Assembly (NCBI GenBank): GCA_976551045.1
Contig: CDPCPM010000026.1
Span: 21,948,001 to 22,012,000 of the forward strand
DNA length: 64,000 bases
Direction: 5' to 3'
DNA from: Glaucostegus cemiculus
Taxonomy: Eukaryota
The first letter of the stretch is position 1, and each line of letters begins with the position of its first letter. A model generated the notes under the pieces. That model made no database searches. It had not been told where the DNA came from and was given only the letters and a program-made list of their open reading frames with translations. A program made the translations under genes and the position numbers. Below, piece after piece: positions 1 through 13,039 of this stretch.

Positions 1-650
1 TTACTCCTGTGCTTTATGACTTCATCTAAATCTCTCAACAAGATTACTTTCTTACTATCATTGGTATCCAATATTCTCTGCATGATGCTTAATGACTTCC
101 ATTTTCCAGTGATAAACTCTGGATTATCACTCTATAAACTTCTTTACTGTGAATATAAGCACGTCTTAACCATGTGAATGATTACCAAAATGTTCAGTTT
201 TTTAGTGTTTGTGGCTCTTGTGAAATGTGGGTGACTTTGAAGTTCCTTCCTGAATACCTTGGCTTAGGTTCTGGTACGTGAATGTTGCAGTGGGAAGCCC
301 TTGAAGAACTATGAGTCTTGTCAGCAACACATGATGATCCATTACAAGTCAACCAAACTAAATCTCTGAGAAAAAGAAAATCAGGATTCAACTTAATGCT
401 GGAGCAAAATTGAAGAGGATCCCTCAACTCACTTTGAAGTCAGTTTAGGCCACATTGCCGAGTTTATAACAAAAGTTTAGTGCTGATGCAGACCCAAGCT
501 TGAACTGTTATCTTTGATGCTATACACACAGGGCAATTTAATTGCCTTGCTCTATTGATGCAGAGCCTTGTTCATTGGTAAATTTAGGGAATAATGTCCA
601 TGATCAGTGAATGAGGCTTTCTCATGTTTATATTTCTGATTTTGTCTTAT

Positions 651-847
651 AACATAGAAGAAGGCCATTCAGCTCATCGAGTCCATGCTGACTCTCAGAG
701 AAATCCTATCAATCTTACTCCTCCAGCTTATTCCCTGTAACCTATTCTCTCTCCCATATGTCCATCACTTCAGTCTTGATTTTCTTACCACCTTCACTAG
801 GAGTTAATTTACATAACCAATCATCCTGCCAATCAGCAAGTCTTTTT
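651..847 (-). mobile_element. 3' part of an HE1/V-SINE-like SINE (CR1-type tail), head missing
   Basis: Plus strand reads catagaagaaggccattcagctcatcgagtccatgctg...ttccctgtaacctattctctctc...aatttacataaccaat, the reverse complement of the SINE tail seen at 1020-1192. Confidence 0.7.
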
Positions 848-851
848 GAGG

Positions 852-1192
852 TCAGCACAGTGATATAGAGAGTAGAGCCACTGCCTCACAGCTCCAGTGA
901 ACCAGGTTCAATCGTGACGATCGGTGTTGTCTGTGTTGAGTTTACACGTTCTCCCTGTGACTGTGTGGGTTTCCTCCTGGTACTCTAGTATCCTTCCACA
1001 TCCCAAGTATGCGCAGGCTAGTGGGTTAGATGGCCACTTTAAATTTCCCCATGTGTCTAAGTAAGTGTGGAACATGAGATAACTTAATGGGAATATGCAA
1101 AGAATAAAAATGGGATTAATTTAGTATTGGTATGATAGTTGGCATGGAGTCAATGGGCTGAAGGAAGAGAATCAGTACTTTATGACTCTGTG
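852..1192 (+). mobile_element. HE1/V-SINE-like tRNA-derived SINE, near full length
   Basis: tRNA-like head (gcacagtg...gtagagccactgcctcacagctccag, B-box-like ggttcaatc at ~905), V-SINE core (gtctgtgttgagtttacacgttctccctgtgactgtgtgggtttcctc), CR1-like tail (ggcatggagtcaatgggctgaagg...tatgactctg). Confidence 0.85.
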
Positions 1193-2024
1193 GCTTTAAG
1201 GCACAGCTATGGTTTGACAGCACATAGATGCAAATTGCTGTTGTAGTATAAATGCATATACCAAAGTAACATATCTGTACCTTTATGATAATAATCTGTG
1301 ATAGTGCAATCTTTTGACAGTTCAAATTAAAAATCTCAAGGTCCCTAGTCATCAATATCTGGGACCTCTTCTCAATCCTGCCAACCCTCACCTCTCCTAG
1401 TGTTTTACCAGTGCACCATGCAAATAGTGCCAGGCAACATATTTGTTTCAGGTCCCAGAACACTGGCCTTCTCTGTTAATCTACTTTCACCCCTTAGTGA
1501 GATTACTTAGTGCAATGACATTTTGCTTGAATGAAACAGCAATCCTCAACTGAAACAGAGTGAATATGCCTTTTATACTTCAGAGAGAGGCAGGCTTGCT
1601 ATATACTCTTTGAACAAACTGTCCCCTTCTGTGCTAATGTTATTGTTAGGAGACCAATGGGAGTTCTCTAGGTTCTATAAGCAATAGAGCTGAAAATAGA
1701 GCAAACCCCGAAAATGCTGCAAGGACTTGGCTCAAAGTTACAAAATTACAGAAGGCCACATTCATAATGACTTCCATAAGAGGCAGTGTCACAATTTGCT
1801 ATTTAAATCCACAGATACAGGGGTCAGGGACTTAGAGTCTGTGCAAGTGATGGAATGGTTGAATCGAAGAGGAATCTCAGCACGGTACATTTTCAAGTTT
1901 GAAGCAACTGAATAGAGACTCAGCAATTTCATGGATCTTTTTCAATGAGAAACCTGAATTTAAATTTAGTTTACACCATTTGTGTTTATGTAAGTTAGCA
2001 ATGCCGAGTGAAGAAAAAAATAAT

Positions 2025-2465
2025 GTGCATTCATATGGCATTTTTCACACCTCTTTCAGCATGTCTCAGAGCACTTTGTATGCATTAAGTACTTTTTAAA
2101 GTGAGGTCACTCTTGTAGTGTAGGAGTCGTAGCAATTTGCTCAGCAAAGTCCCACAAACAACAATGAAATAATGATTAGATAATCTGCTCCTGGAAATAT
2201 TAATTGAGGAATAAATAGCAGACACTGAGGAAAACTACCTGCTCTTCTTTGGAACAGAGTCATAGAGCAATACAGCATGCAAACAGGCCCCTCAGCTTCA
2301 CTAGACCATGTCAACCAAGATGCCTGTCTAAGCTAGTCCCATTTGCCAGCGTTTGGCCTGTGTCTCTCCAAACTTTTCCTATCCGTGAGTAGTTCCAAGG
2401 GATCTGTTAAGTCTACCTGAGAGATCAGACAGGGATTTGGTTTTATGTCTCATTTGAAAGGCTCC
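2025..2465 (-). mobile_element. SacSINE1/DeuSINE-like SINE, interrupted by a CR1 tail
   Basis: gtgcattcatatggcattttt...gcactttg...aagtactttttaaagtgaggtcactcttgtagtgtagg...cccacaaacaacaatg...cctgctcttcttt, resuming as gggatctgttaagtctacctgagagatcagacaggg...gtctcatttgaaag; same family at 11185, 22993 and 61190. Confidence 0.75.
2254..2390 (-). mobile_element. CR1 LINE 3' tail fragment inserted into the DeuSINE
   Basis: agagtcatagagcaatacagcatgcaaacaggcccctcagc...agtcccatttgccagcgtttggcc...aaacttttcctatcc is a reversed CR1 3' end; near-identical architecture at 16401. Confidence 0.8.
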
Positions 2466-4109
2466 TGGTGTAATAGTTCTGGGTAGTGGGAGTTGATTCT
2501 GTGTGATAGGTTTCCTTTTATGAATGTGTCTGAAGATCCTATAGTCAGGTCTAATTAGGACCGGCTGTTTCACCAGTCACACCCCTGGCCTTAAGTTCAA
2601 TAATTATGGAGAGTAGCTTCAGCCATTTTGGTGAGCTGTGCTGAATGATAGAACTAACAAACAGTTTTTTTTTGTTGGATGTGATCCTTATAATGTATGT
2701 GACTTCAACCGAAGAGGAAAATAAACCAAATATGCACAAGAATTTTTTTCCAACTATAAGTCCTATAATATTGTTCCTCAAGTTACAGAAATAACTTCAG
2801 GCTTGGAATAATGCCCACAGTTTCTGGGCTAAAGGTACAGCTACAGAGTTGCTCTCAGTTTCATAAATACTGGAACAATATTTTGATCACAAACTATTAA
2901 TGAGCTATAAATACTTAAGTGTTGAACATAGGTTTTGCCTGTATTAACATCTTATGAAAAGGCATCTATAAATAAAACAATTTCAGATAGTTCAGTGATT
3001 TCAGTATAGATTGCCAGGCTTTTAACTGAGAGGAGCAGATCTCAGATACCATGTTTGCAAATTTATCAGCTCTCAATGGGTAAATTTCACCAGTCCTGGA
3101 CGTATTTGCACAAACCCACCTTCTGCTGGTTTTGATTAGGGATGGCATTAGCAAATCAAATCATTAAATATCGTGGCAAATAGTAGCAGAAAAGGCTTGA
3201 ACACCAAAAGGGGACTTAGGTTAAAGAAAATATTTTCACAGTCGGTGGCTGTTAACGTGCATTCATTTTCCCCAGTGGAAATTTTAAGAAATCGCTTTAA
3301 AATTCACTGAAGTTTTAAAGAATTTCCATGCAGTAAACTTAAGTACACATTAAAAGTTATAACTGTTCTTCCTAAAATCTATTGTTAATGATCATAAAGT
3401 TTTCCAAACATGCTCCTATTTGTACTCAAGATAAATAATAAATGTATAGTGCATTTGATCATAGATTACATAAAACAAATATTGGCTGCATTTGAGGGCA
3501 ATAATTGTAATCTAATGAATAAGGATTACCAAAAAACACAAGGGCTTCAGTAGTTCAGATGTTATTATATGCTCAAGGAGTTGTGAACCTCAAGAGGCTA
3601 TAATTTACCTGATACCCTCAAAATATCAGTCAATATTTATTTTAGGAAGTTTTCTGAGCTGAAACTTTGGGAATTCATCTTGAGAATATATGGGATCCAT
3701 TGAATATGGTCCACAAGCCATCCTTCTCCATGGACTTCAGTCAAGCAAAGCTGTTCTCTGTTAACTAGTTTTCTCTCATTTCATGATCTTTCCTTGGTCG
3801 GCTCCTTCTACCATAAACACGCAGACCTTATTTTTGCCTATGTTTTGGCTAGACACATAAAGATGGAACGTCCTGTAGGATGGGATTGTTTTATTCCATT
3901 GACTTTGAAACCAACATTATTTAAATTGTTTATGGAAAGGTCTGTCCATGCTTTTGTATTTATGGGCCACATATATGTGCAACAAGCCACATGTAAAGAT
4001 TAAAACCACAGTCCCATTAATTGACATCTCTCTAGTTGCTAATACAAATAGATTTTGATGCCTTGTACACCACAAAATCTCATGGAAAGTGGGCACTTGA
4101 CCCAAAACC

Positions 4110-4360
4110 TCTTAATTGGTCTTCTGCGAAAAAACATCCAATACTGATCCTACTGCCCTGCCCATTCTTTATAGCCCTGTAACTTCCTCCCATTTAAAAC
4201 ATTTATCCAATTTTCCCTTAAAAGTTGCAATAATATCTGACTCAGTCACTCCCTTTGGCAGCACATTTCAGATTGCAACAACAATCTAGTTAAGAAGATT
4301 CCTCTGAACTTTTTGTTACGGGCCTCCAATGGAAGTAATATTCCTTCCCATTTACTCTAG
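4110..4360 (-). mobile_element. Degraded CR1 3' fragment
   Basis: catttatccaattttccctt...ccctttggcagcacatttcagattgcaacaac...gttaagaagattcctctg resembles reversed CR1 ORF2 end and 3' UTR. Confidence 0.55.
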
Positions 4361-7300
4361 GCACGGAAAGACTTTTTGATTTGAAATAATGCCTATTGCT
4401 TTTGGGTTACAATTATCAAAATGTTTCATAATTTTTGAAAACTCAGATTTCCTTTCAGATTTCTTTCAGAAAAATCAGATTTTCTTTCTGTCTTTTTATG
4501 ATGTAATGATCCATTATCTCAGGTCTTCTCTCCTAATTATAGTTAACTGTTTTGGACGTTGTCCTGCTGAATCAATGTTGAGTGAGCTTCATGGATTTAA
4601 TGCCCTATCTTTTATTGGGTGTCCAAATGTTGCAAATATTACCATAACCGTGGCATCATTAGTAACTTGTACAAACTTACCATGACCTGTTCATCTCTTG
4701 TACTCAATGCCCTGACTTATAAAACCCAATATGCTTATTGGTCATTTGTACTTAACATTATGAACATCACTGGCCACAGCACAAATGACTTTCAAAATTC
4801 CAATTGATCTGTAACATTCCCTCTGGCAATCCAATTCACTTCTTTGGAAGCTCAATTAGATGTGTAAAAGTAACTTTGCTTTCTGAAATCAACACTGCCT
4901 GCCCTTGATTAAACCTTACATTTCTATATCTTCATTAATTTTACAAGATCATGAACTTTAAGTGTTTGCTCATTGAATCCAAGTATTAGGCAACAAGTCG
5001 AAAGCAACCTTTGCTAAACCAATCTGATTCCACAGATGTCAAGCAGGCCAAGCCACACAGTGTCAAAAGTGTAAAAAAAATGACACTCCAAAGCTTGAAA
5101 GGCTCTATTATCAAAGCTCCAAAACTGCAGAGACCTCAAAGCTTGAAGATCAGACACAGTTGGTTTAGGAAGTCAATAGGACTGATCCTGATTCTAGTTT
5201 CCTTAATGTGAGATGTATCAAAACACATTGACCAAGGGAAGGAGTGGCTAAACCTCAGCTTCAAATTTCATTTCTGTTTTGGGAAATTTAATCGGAACAC
5301 TAATTGCAGTATTCTTCCAGCTGCCACTCTCCTTTTTCAAAAGTTGAAACACCTTTTAACTGTTCATTACAGGGAGAATTTTGACACCCAATGGTAGGCA
5401 GTGACTCTATGGGGGCACTTTAAAAGTCAATTACTTACAGAATTCCCACTCTGTAGAAAATTTAGGACCATTAATTTTGCTTGCAGGGGGTGAGGTGCCC
5501 ACCTAAATCAGGAGGGAGCCTCAGTTGTGCATGAAAATTATGATCCTAGTTCATTAAGAGCTCAATTGCCTCTTAACCATGTTCTGAATGGGGCATTTAC
5601 TTTTCTCAAATAACTTGAAGAGGCAAAAAAATCAAAAGGCAAGTTCATACCTAGGTTAGACATGGAAAATCTTGGCCCCAGTTCCTTTAGGCTGCCCCCA
5701 CCTCCCCACCAACTCCTGCCATTTTCCACCAGGTGTAAACGTTCTGCCTGTACCCTGTAGACTGCACACTGTGAACAAGGTCCATCAAGTAGCTGCCTCT
5801 TTTGCCCACGTTGGGTGAGGCAGCTTGCAGACAGGAGGTAGATAATGCCTAGGAATTAACAGAATGATATTGGGTGAGTTTGCTCAATCCACAGTAACAG
5901 CAACTCCAACCAGCTCCCACCACCACCGTTCCATCTGGTCTCCTAAGACTCATTCCCAGTTAAAATCCTTATAAAACAGCACACAACTCAATACAACTAG
6001 TAAAGAGTTAAAGGAGCAGTAAATTTATGTAATGCAGTTACATGGAAAATGGGAAACTGCATAAATATGGAAAATCTGTCAGACATAGGAATCAAATGCA
6101 ATTATCAAACTTTTTTTTGTATTTGGCAGTGACTGCATATGGAAATATTTAATCCTCGAATTTAAAAAGCTCTTCAGTATTCTCCCATATGTAAAAAATC
6201 TTTTCAATTAATGATAATTTTCTTCAGCCGAATGTCAACCCTGTTTTACTTATTAACAAAGTGGCTGGGGTTTTAGTGTCATTACTAAATGACAGAGCAA
6301 ATGTAACCAGGTGGGATAGTGGTAATGGGTTTCAAGATTTCGTGAGATTCTGAATCTGACTGGGCTCTGCTGAGCCCCTCATGATAATCAAGATTGTACC
6401 ATGTCCAACCACACTGCTTAAAACAACGGTTTGGTGAGAGTGTAGACATACCTTATTATAAATTAATGTATGTTTTCATAACCATTCTTCCATGTTTCAC
6501 TACTTTTTAAACTATCAGTTTTCCTTGTGGTAAAATACTTCAAGACAGTATAATGCACAATATTATTTTGTTTATTTGGTGCTATTTTTGCTTCTAGCAT
6601 TCAACAAGTGTGATTATTAATGGTGTATCTTTTTCAATTGATTAATTTTCATCTCATGGATATCTTTAGATTTCCTGGAGTTGCCTGTTACCTGTATAGC
6701 TTGTCTTATTGCACCCTTTTCTGTTTACGAAGAACAATGTGAGCTGGGTAGCAGGAGCAGGATTCAAGAACACATGGGAAATTTGTCCAGCAGTTCCTTT
6801 GGTGGGTTTTTAAATCAGCCAGTTTGTTAGTATTTTACCCCTGCATTTGCTGTCCGATGTGTGGCAGTGGTCCTGATGAGCACTCACGTGGTGCAATCCC
6901 AGCTGAACATTTACAAAGCCAAAGCAAATGTGGATTTTAGAGGATTTTGGATTTGGTACAATATATTGCAGATGATCAAAAACTGCACTGTGGCTCTATA
7001 ACTTGCTAAATGCAGCATCAGGCTCCCAGCAATAGGAGGAACAAATCTGCTAACACCAAGAATGCATGGAAGGAGATAGTCTAGAAGGTCAGCACTAGGA
7101 CTCTGGCCGAGATGCATTTTGAGAAAAATGATGATCTAAGTGGGTCAGAAAAGGTGAGTAAATTTGCACAGTAACATCTAGCTGTGCACTTCACCTCACT
7201 GCTCACATGGCCTTTAACAGCCTACTTCATCACAATATTCCATGCACTGAATTACCTTGCAAAAACACCCATTCTTCACTTTCTATGCATTTGCTCAAGC

Positions 7301-7932
7301 CATCTGTACATCCAGCACAACCACTCACCCTCACTCTTCTGTATGTTCTTGTTGATAATCATTATCACAAACGTACACCTTCTATCAGTTTAACATTCCA
7401 ACTGAGTAGTTTGGTGTATGTTAATAGGTGTATCTAACAGTCCTGAAGGGATTGTGTACAAGCAGCCCAAAGTACTTGAGTTAAGTGCCAATGCCAGTGG
7501 GGTGGATCTGACCAAATCAAACAGATACTTTTAAAGTGTATCAAGTTGGAGAGGCAAAGAGCTTTGGGATTGCAAGTACAGATCTGAGGAAGCAGACGGC
7601 AAAAGCACTGCTGCTGGTTGTGATTGCATAAGAGAGAAATATAGACTTGTTGAGTGATTGTAGGGCTGAATAAGGCTACAGTGATGAAATAATGGTCAGT
7701 TCATCCAGCAGGCAAATTGGTGCTGGGTAAAGGGATAAAGTTTATCCACACTCTTGGAGAAATGTGAAAGTGTTTAAAGAATAATATTAACTAGGCTGAA
7801 TCTTGAATGAGTTTGAATTACATCTTAAGTAACAGAAGGAACAGTAATATCAAATTCATGAAATACATACAATAATCTTTTAACATCCAGAGAAGCATGT
7901 TGGTTACAGTATATATTCAAATTCTGGACATT

Positions 7933-8255
7933 GTGTGTGTGAAAGAGAGAGAGATTCAGAGAGCGAAAGAGAGAGTAGTGAGAGTGTGAGAGAGAGAAAG
8001 AATGGAGAGAATATGTGTGTGTGAGAGAGTAGAGAAAAAGAGAAGTGAGAGCGAGAGAGAGAAAGAATGGAGAGAGAGAAAAAGAGTGTGTGAGAGAGAG
8101 TGTAAGTGAGTGAGAGTGAAAAAGAGAGAAAGAATGGAGAGTGAGAGCAAGAGAAAGAGAAAGAATGGAGAGAGAGAAGAAGAATGTATGAGAGAGATGT
8201 GTGAGTGAGAGAGTGAGTGAAAGAAAGAGAGAGAGAGAGAGAGTGAGAGAGAGGA
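7933..8255. repeat. (GA)n/(GT)n purine-rich low-complexity tract with recurring gagagaaagaatggaga
   Basis: Directly visible; the 138-aa S/L/H-rich minus-strand ORF is an artefact of it. Confidence 0.95.
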
Positions 8256-10654
8256 AAACAGTAATTGCAAAGGAATTTTAGCCCATGCCAGCATGAGCAT
8301 CAGTACCCGGTTGTTGCATGTATTATGGTAACCAGAACACTGGTTGTCACTCCCAGTTTTCTTTGACCGCATGTCTTTTCCTGTCTGCTCTGATGCATCT
8401 CATGTAGACCACAAAGCACTGCAAAAACACACAGCATTGAAAACAGATGGCAATGGTAGCCAGCTGCTGGTGTCTAAGCAAAGTACTTCATTTATACAAA
8501 CTAGAGTAGCAATCAATGGCTCACATGAGCGTTTCCTCCCACCCTCCACTAACCACCCCAACAACAAAAAATCATTAGCAGTACTGATGGCCACTGTGAA
8601 TACCATGAAAGCTCTTGTAATGTTTATACAAATGCTTTATTAATTAAAAATTCTTTCTAGTTTACTGCACATAATCCTTGGGTCTTTATTGAAGCCAGAT
8701 CCCCCAGAGACTGGTTCATTTGCACGTGAACATTAAGAAGGTCCCACTACACTTCTTACAGAAAGCCAAGATAAGTTGTGTGGGTTATTGACTTTGTTTA
8801 AACCATCTTTGGTTTGGGGAAGTGAAAACATTGTAGCCACTATAACATACTCAGCTTAATGGGAAATCAGTTTCCAATTTACTGAAGAATTCTTGGGATA
8901 TTTTTGGTGGTACTTTTCATTATCCAAAAATAGTTTGCAGTGATAGTTTCACCTACTGGTTGGAAGGAGACACTGCAACTTAATTCATCTGAGTAACTCC
9001 AGCGAAGTCAGAAAGAAAGAAAACAACAGGACACGATGATTTTTCGGATCGTTATATTTAAAATAATTCCCTGGATTTTCCAGAAAACCTTTGTACATTT
9101 GGAACTTTTATGGAAGCAGTTAACAATGTCGAGTTTCAGAAAACGCACACATTATTTATGGCACAATCCAGTTCTCGAGGCTGAGGCAGAAAAGATACAT
9201 GAAATATCTCTGCTGTCTACTTATCTAAATTATTTTTGACTTGCACTAGACAAATTTGTCCATGAGTAAGTGCTGAGGGTGACCTCCTAAATCTTCATTT
9301 TGACCCTCTCAAGTGTAAAGAACATGGGGTCAGAACAACTCTCACTTTTCAATTGTTAATGTAAGTACCGACATTCAGATCAATACTTCTCCTGACACAG
9401 GTAACACTTAGCTACACGTGAAGCAAGTCCTGCGTTCCACTAGGCTCTTGATATTTCGTTACATTTCCAGGAGAGCTACATAGTTGCTAGCTCCAATTGA
9501 ACAAAACAAATGTTAACAGAAAGCAGGACACATGGTTAACCAAAAATCCTCATCAACATGATTTTGGAAGATAGTTATGAAGCAGTCAAAATAACTGTGT
9601 CAAAAAATGCAAATGGAAACGAAGTGACAATGCAGCAAGAAAATAAATACTTCTCTTTTTGCTTGTGCATTAAATTATGAACCACTCATTAATTTCCATT
9701 AAGATTTGGCACTGTGGTCTCAATTTATTAAAGTGACAATTTGTTATATTTGGATGTAAGTCCAGTCAAAGGTACCAAGTTATCAAGGTGAAAATTTAAT
9801 GCTCGTAACTGATTTTACGATATTGTGCATTTTTTTCAACAGCACAGAAATATGACAAAGACTTAATCATGTTTTGCTTATTTAATATTAAATAAAATGT
9901 ATTTCATCATTTAGGTGACAAATTAGTCTCAAGAACAATGGTTACGGTAATAAAATCAAGCACATGAATGTTGCCAGATAAATCAAGCTTCAGACATACC
10001 TGAAAGCCAATAAAAAGTCAATACAGTGAATTTGGTGAAAATCCCCCCACCCCCCCAAAATTCTGATATTATCATTATTGTCACCCTGCTGGTTCCCACC
10101 ATCTCATTTTTAGAAGAAATTGTCTAGTTGATTAGAATGGGGCACTTGTGAAGTACGCTTACAATCTGATAAAGACATGTGCAAGTGATTGAGATGAGTA
10201 GGTTCACAGACTGCTACACAGGCAGACAGACAGACAATGACTTCCAACACTCCAGAGATTTAAAAAAAATCCTGCAGGAATTTGAAATGTTCCTGCAGTA
10301 TCCACAAAGGTCATTGAAAACATGGTAAACTCCTTGGAGTAAATTCTGTTACCTGGTACAAATTTATAAGGCTCGCTGAAGAATTGTGTAAAAAATACCA
10401 TAGGTTTTGATGATATTGATTCAATTAAGAAGCTTCATGGATTTCATTCCATGAACACAAAGTGGACCTTCAAGCAGATCTACCATAATGTTTTCTGAAT
10501 TTTGAACCAAACTAAATCTGCAGCTCTGATCTGAAATGAAGTTCTGTATTAATTCCACGTGTCAGTTTTATACCATGCTAACTCCCAACAGTTTCTTTTG
10601 TGTAGGGATTGACGTGCTGCTGTGGAAGTTAAAGGACTGCTGTAATTTTTAAAA

Positions 10655-11105
10655 GTGTATTTATTTATGGGATGGGGGCATTATTGCCTATCCTTCATTG
10701 GCCTTAGGAAGGTGATGTTGAGCTGGTGCAGCTAATCTGGGCAAGAAGACTCCCACCAAACCATTGAAAAGAATATTTCAGGATTTAGACCCAGTGACGA
10801 TAAATGAGTGCTGATACATTTCCAAATCAGGAGGGTAGGTGACTTGGAGGGGAACCTGCAGATGATGGTGTTCTGTTGCACCTGACGTCTTTGTCCTTCT
10901 TGATGGTAGAGGTCGTGGGTCTGGGAGGTGCTATCAGAGTAGCCTAGGTGAGTAACTGCAGCATATTTTGTAGATGATACATACTCTAGTTACTATGCGC
11001 CAGTTGTGGGGGGAATGAATGTTTAGGTTGGTTTCCAATCAAGTTGACTGCTTTGCCTTTCCTGAGTGCTAGAGCTGCACTCATTCAGGCATCACACTCC
11101 TGATG
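10655..11105 (-). mobile_element. 3' end of a CR1/L2-group LINE, same family as 45720-47370
   Basis: caggatttagacccag...tttccaaatcaggagggtaggtgacttggaggggaacctgcag...tgtccttcttgatggtagaggtcgtgggtctgggaggtgct mirrors 47085-47220 (agcacctcccaaacccatgatctcttccacc...tgacttggaagtatat...ctgggtctaaatcttgg). Confidence 0.75.
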
Positions 11106-11184
11106 TGGGAAGGACTGACAGTCGGTCTTTTCAAACAGAAGCGGATTCACTTTTGTGATGAAGGCTCAATAAAGAAAGACAGAC

Positions 11185-11480
11185 ATGAATATTTATAGCA
11201 CTTTTTACAATTTCAGGGCAGTCCAAACAGTTTTACATCCAATGAAGCAGTTTTCTCCTAGTATAGGTACTGTTGTATGGTCAGGAACAGGGGCAGGGTA
11301 GTCAATTTGTATAAAGTGAGGTTCCTGCAAAGAGATTATGCACAGATAATTCACTTTACTGAATTATGGCCAGTATAACAGGGAAAACTCCACTGATATT
11401 CTTTGAAATAATGTCTTGAGATCTTTTTTATCTCAAGAGAGCAGATGGAGCCTTGGTTCAATACTTCGTCTGAGACGTAG
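11185..11480 (-). mobile_element. SacSINE1/DeuSINE-like SINE
   Basis: atttatagcactttttac...cagggcagtccaaacagttttacatccaatgaag...gggaaaactccactg...gagatcttttt...gagagcagatggagccttggttcaatacttcgtctgag. Confidence 0.7.
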
Positions 11481-13039
11481 ATGACTAATCTTATATAGTC
11501 TACCTACTCTTTTTGATTTGTTCTAACCTATACAGTTCCTTGTCAACTTTTAGAGAATACAGACTGATCTGGTTTGTGATGAACAGACTTCACCTTTGTT
11601 CTTATGTAAATGTGCACATTATACCCAGTGCAACTTTAGAGCAACAGGGCTGAAAACATTCTTGCAATAAAAGTCATACCAGATATCTCGTCCCAGTAAA
11701 GGTGGCCTGCTTTTGGATTTTGTTACAATAATGAGAGGCTGGACTTGCTGTCCATTGTTTTGCCTGCACATTCTATTTGCATTAACATCTGCGAAACCTC
11801 ACCCAGAGTAGGGTTACAGTTTGACACTGCTTTCTATGAAGAGTAACTTGACCATGCTAGACCATACATCCTGACTAATTATTAAACTCTCTGCAGCTTT
11901 ATCATTTTTCACATCAAAGCACCAGTTGTTAATCAGCAGTGCCACTTGAAAGTCTTTTTGTTGCTGTTACTGCTCGTGACATCCCATTTCTCCATTGACT
12001 GAATGAACTGTCAAATTGTGAAGTCCTCCTTTCTGTTGTTGATTTGAATTTCCACAGAAGTTGCCTTTGTTGCTTGTCTGAGACTTGGATCAGCAGGTTA
12101 TCAAAATGTGACTTTCTTTTATCAACTGAAATTCTTGTTCTCAACTGACAAGACTAGTCATGAGTAAAGGCCATTGCAATGATTGCAACTGGCCATTGGG
12201 CTTGGTTTTATTGTACACACAATTCTTTGAACATAGACTGCAGGTATACAGGCCACTTCTGGCGGACAAAACTGTCCAGTATTTTTGCTTGCCTTTTCCA
12301 TCTACACAAAAACTTATGTGGAAGTTTGAATGCCTGGTTTTGCATGCTTAACAGCTTTGACTGAATTCATTCACCCACAGTCCACACACTAACCTATTAA
12401 GAGGCACAAAAATTGCAATGCATGATAAGTTCTCTAAGCAATGTTCTCACCAACTATCTCATCCTGTTTCTTGTTCTTTACCCCAAACATACAGATCTCA
12501 ACCATTTCAAGCAGCTTCAGATTAAAGTGATCCTTTAGTTTTCATATAAAACCTTTAAAAATAGATCTTTAAAATTGAGTGGCAGGGAAAGATTTGTCGG
12601 GCTGACACACATGCTTCCAGTCCTATCTCCATGTCAGAGGTGCTCATAGATCACATCATTCTAGGTTCCCACTATATTGCCTCCCGCTTCATAATATTGT
12701 TCAGTACGTGAGCTGAATGCCTCTTCAACTTGGTCGAAGCACATGCTGAAGCTCCATTTGTGTCAGCCATGTTGTGCCTCTTACTATTGAACAGTGGCAT
12801 CTCTAAATTTGTTCCATGCAATAGTTCAGTGATAGGTGACATTGCTGAACTTCATCACCATAGCTTGCTGTGCTCTGCTCTCCTTAGTACACATGGGAGG
12901 CTTAGGCAAATGAGATTCCCTGTGAGTGGTGGCAGGAAAATACAAAAAAATCAGGTTCTGGGCTCTAACTCGCCTAAGATCAGCCAGACTAGAGTCATCA
13001 GTGTCCTTTAAGAATCCCGAAAGAAACTCCTGATATTCC

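Noticed and set aside
852-925. tRNA gene (A/B box-like motifs; also at 28810, 29350, 30130, 57860)
   Set aside because: These are SINE heads that continue into the V core and LINE tail; no intact cloverleaf.
7956-8372. 138-aa S/L-rich ORF
   Set aside because: Translation of the (GA)n low-complexity tract.
11929-12144. Hydrophilic 71-aa ORF as a coding exon
   Set aside because: No recognisable homology and no convincing splice-site pair.
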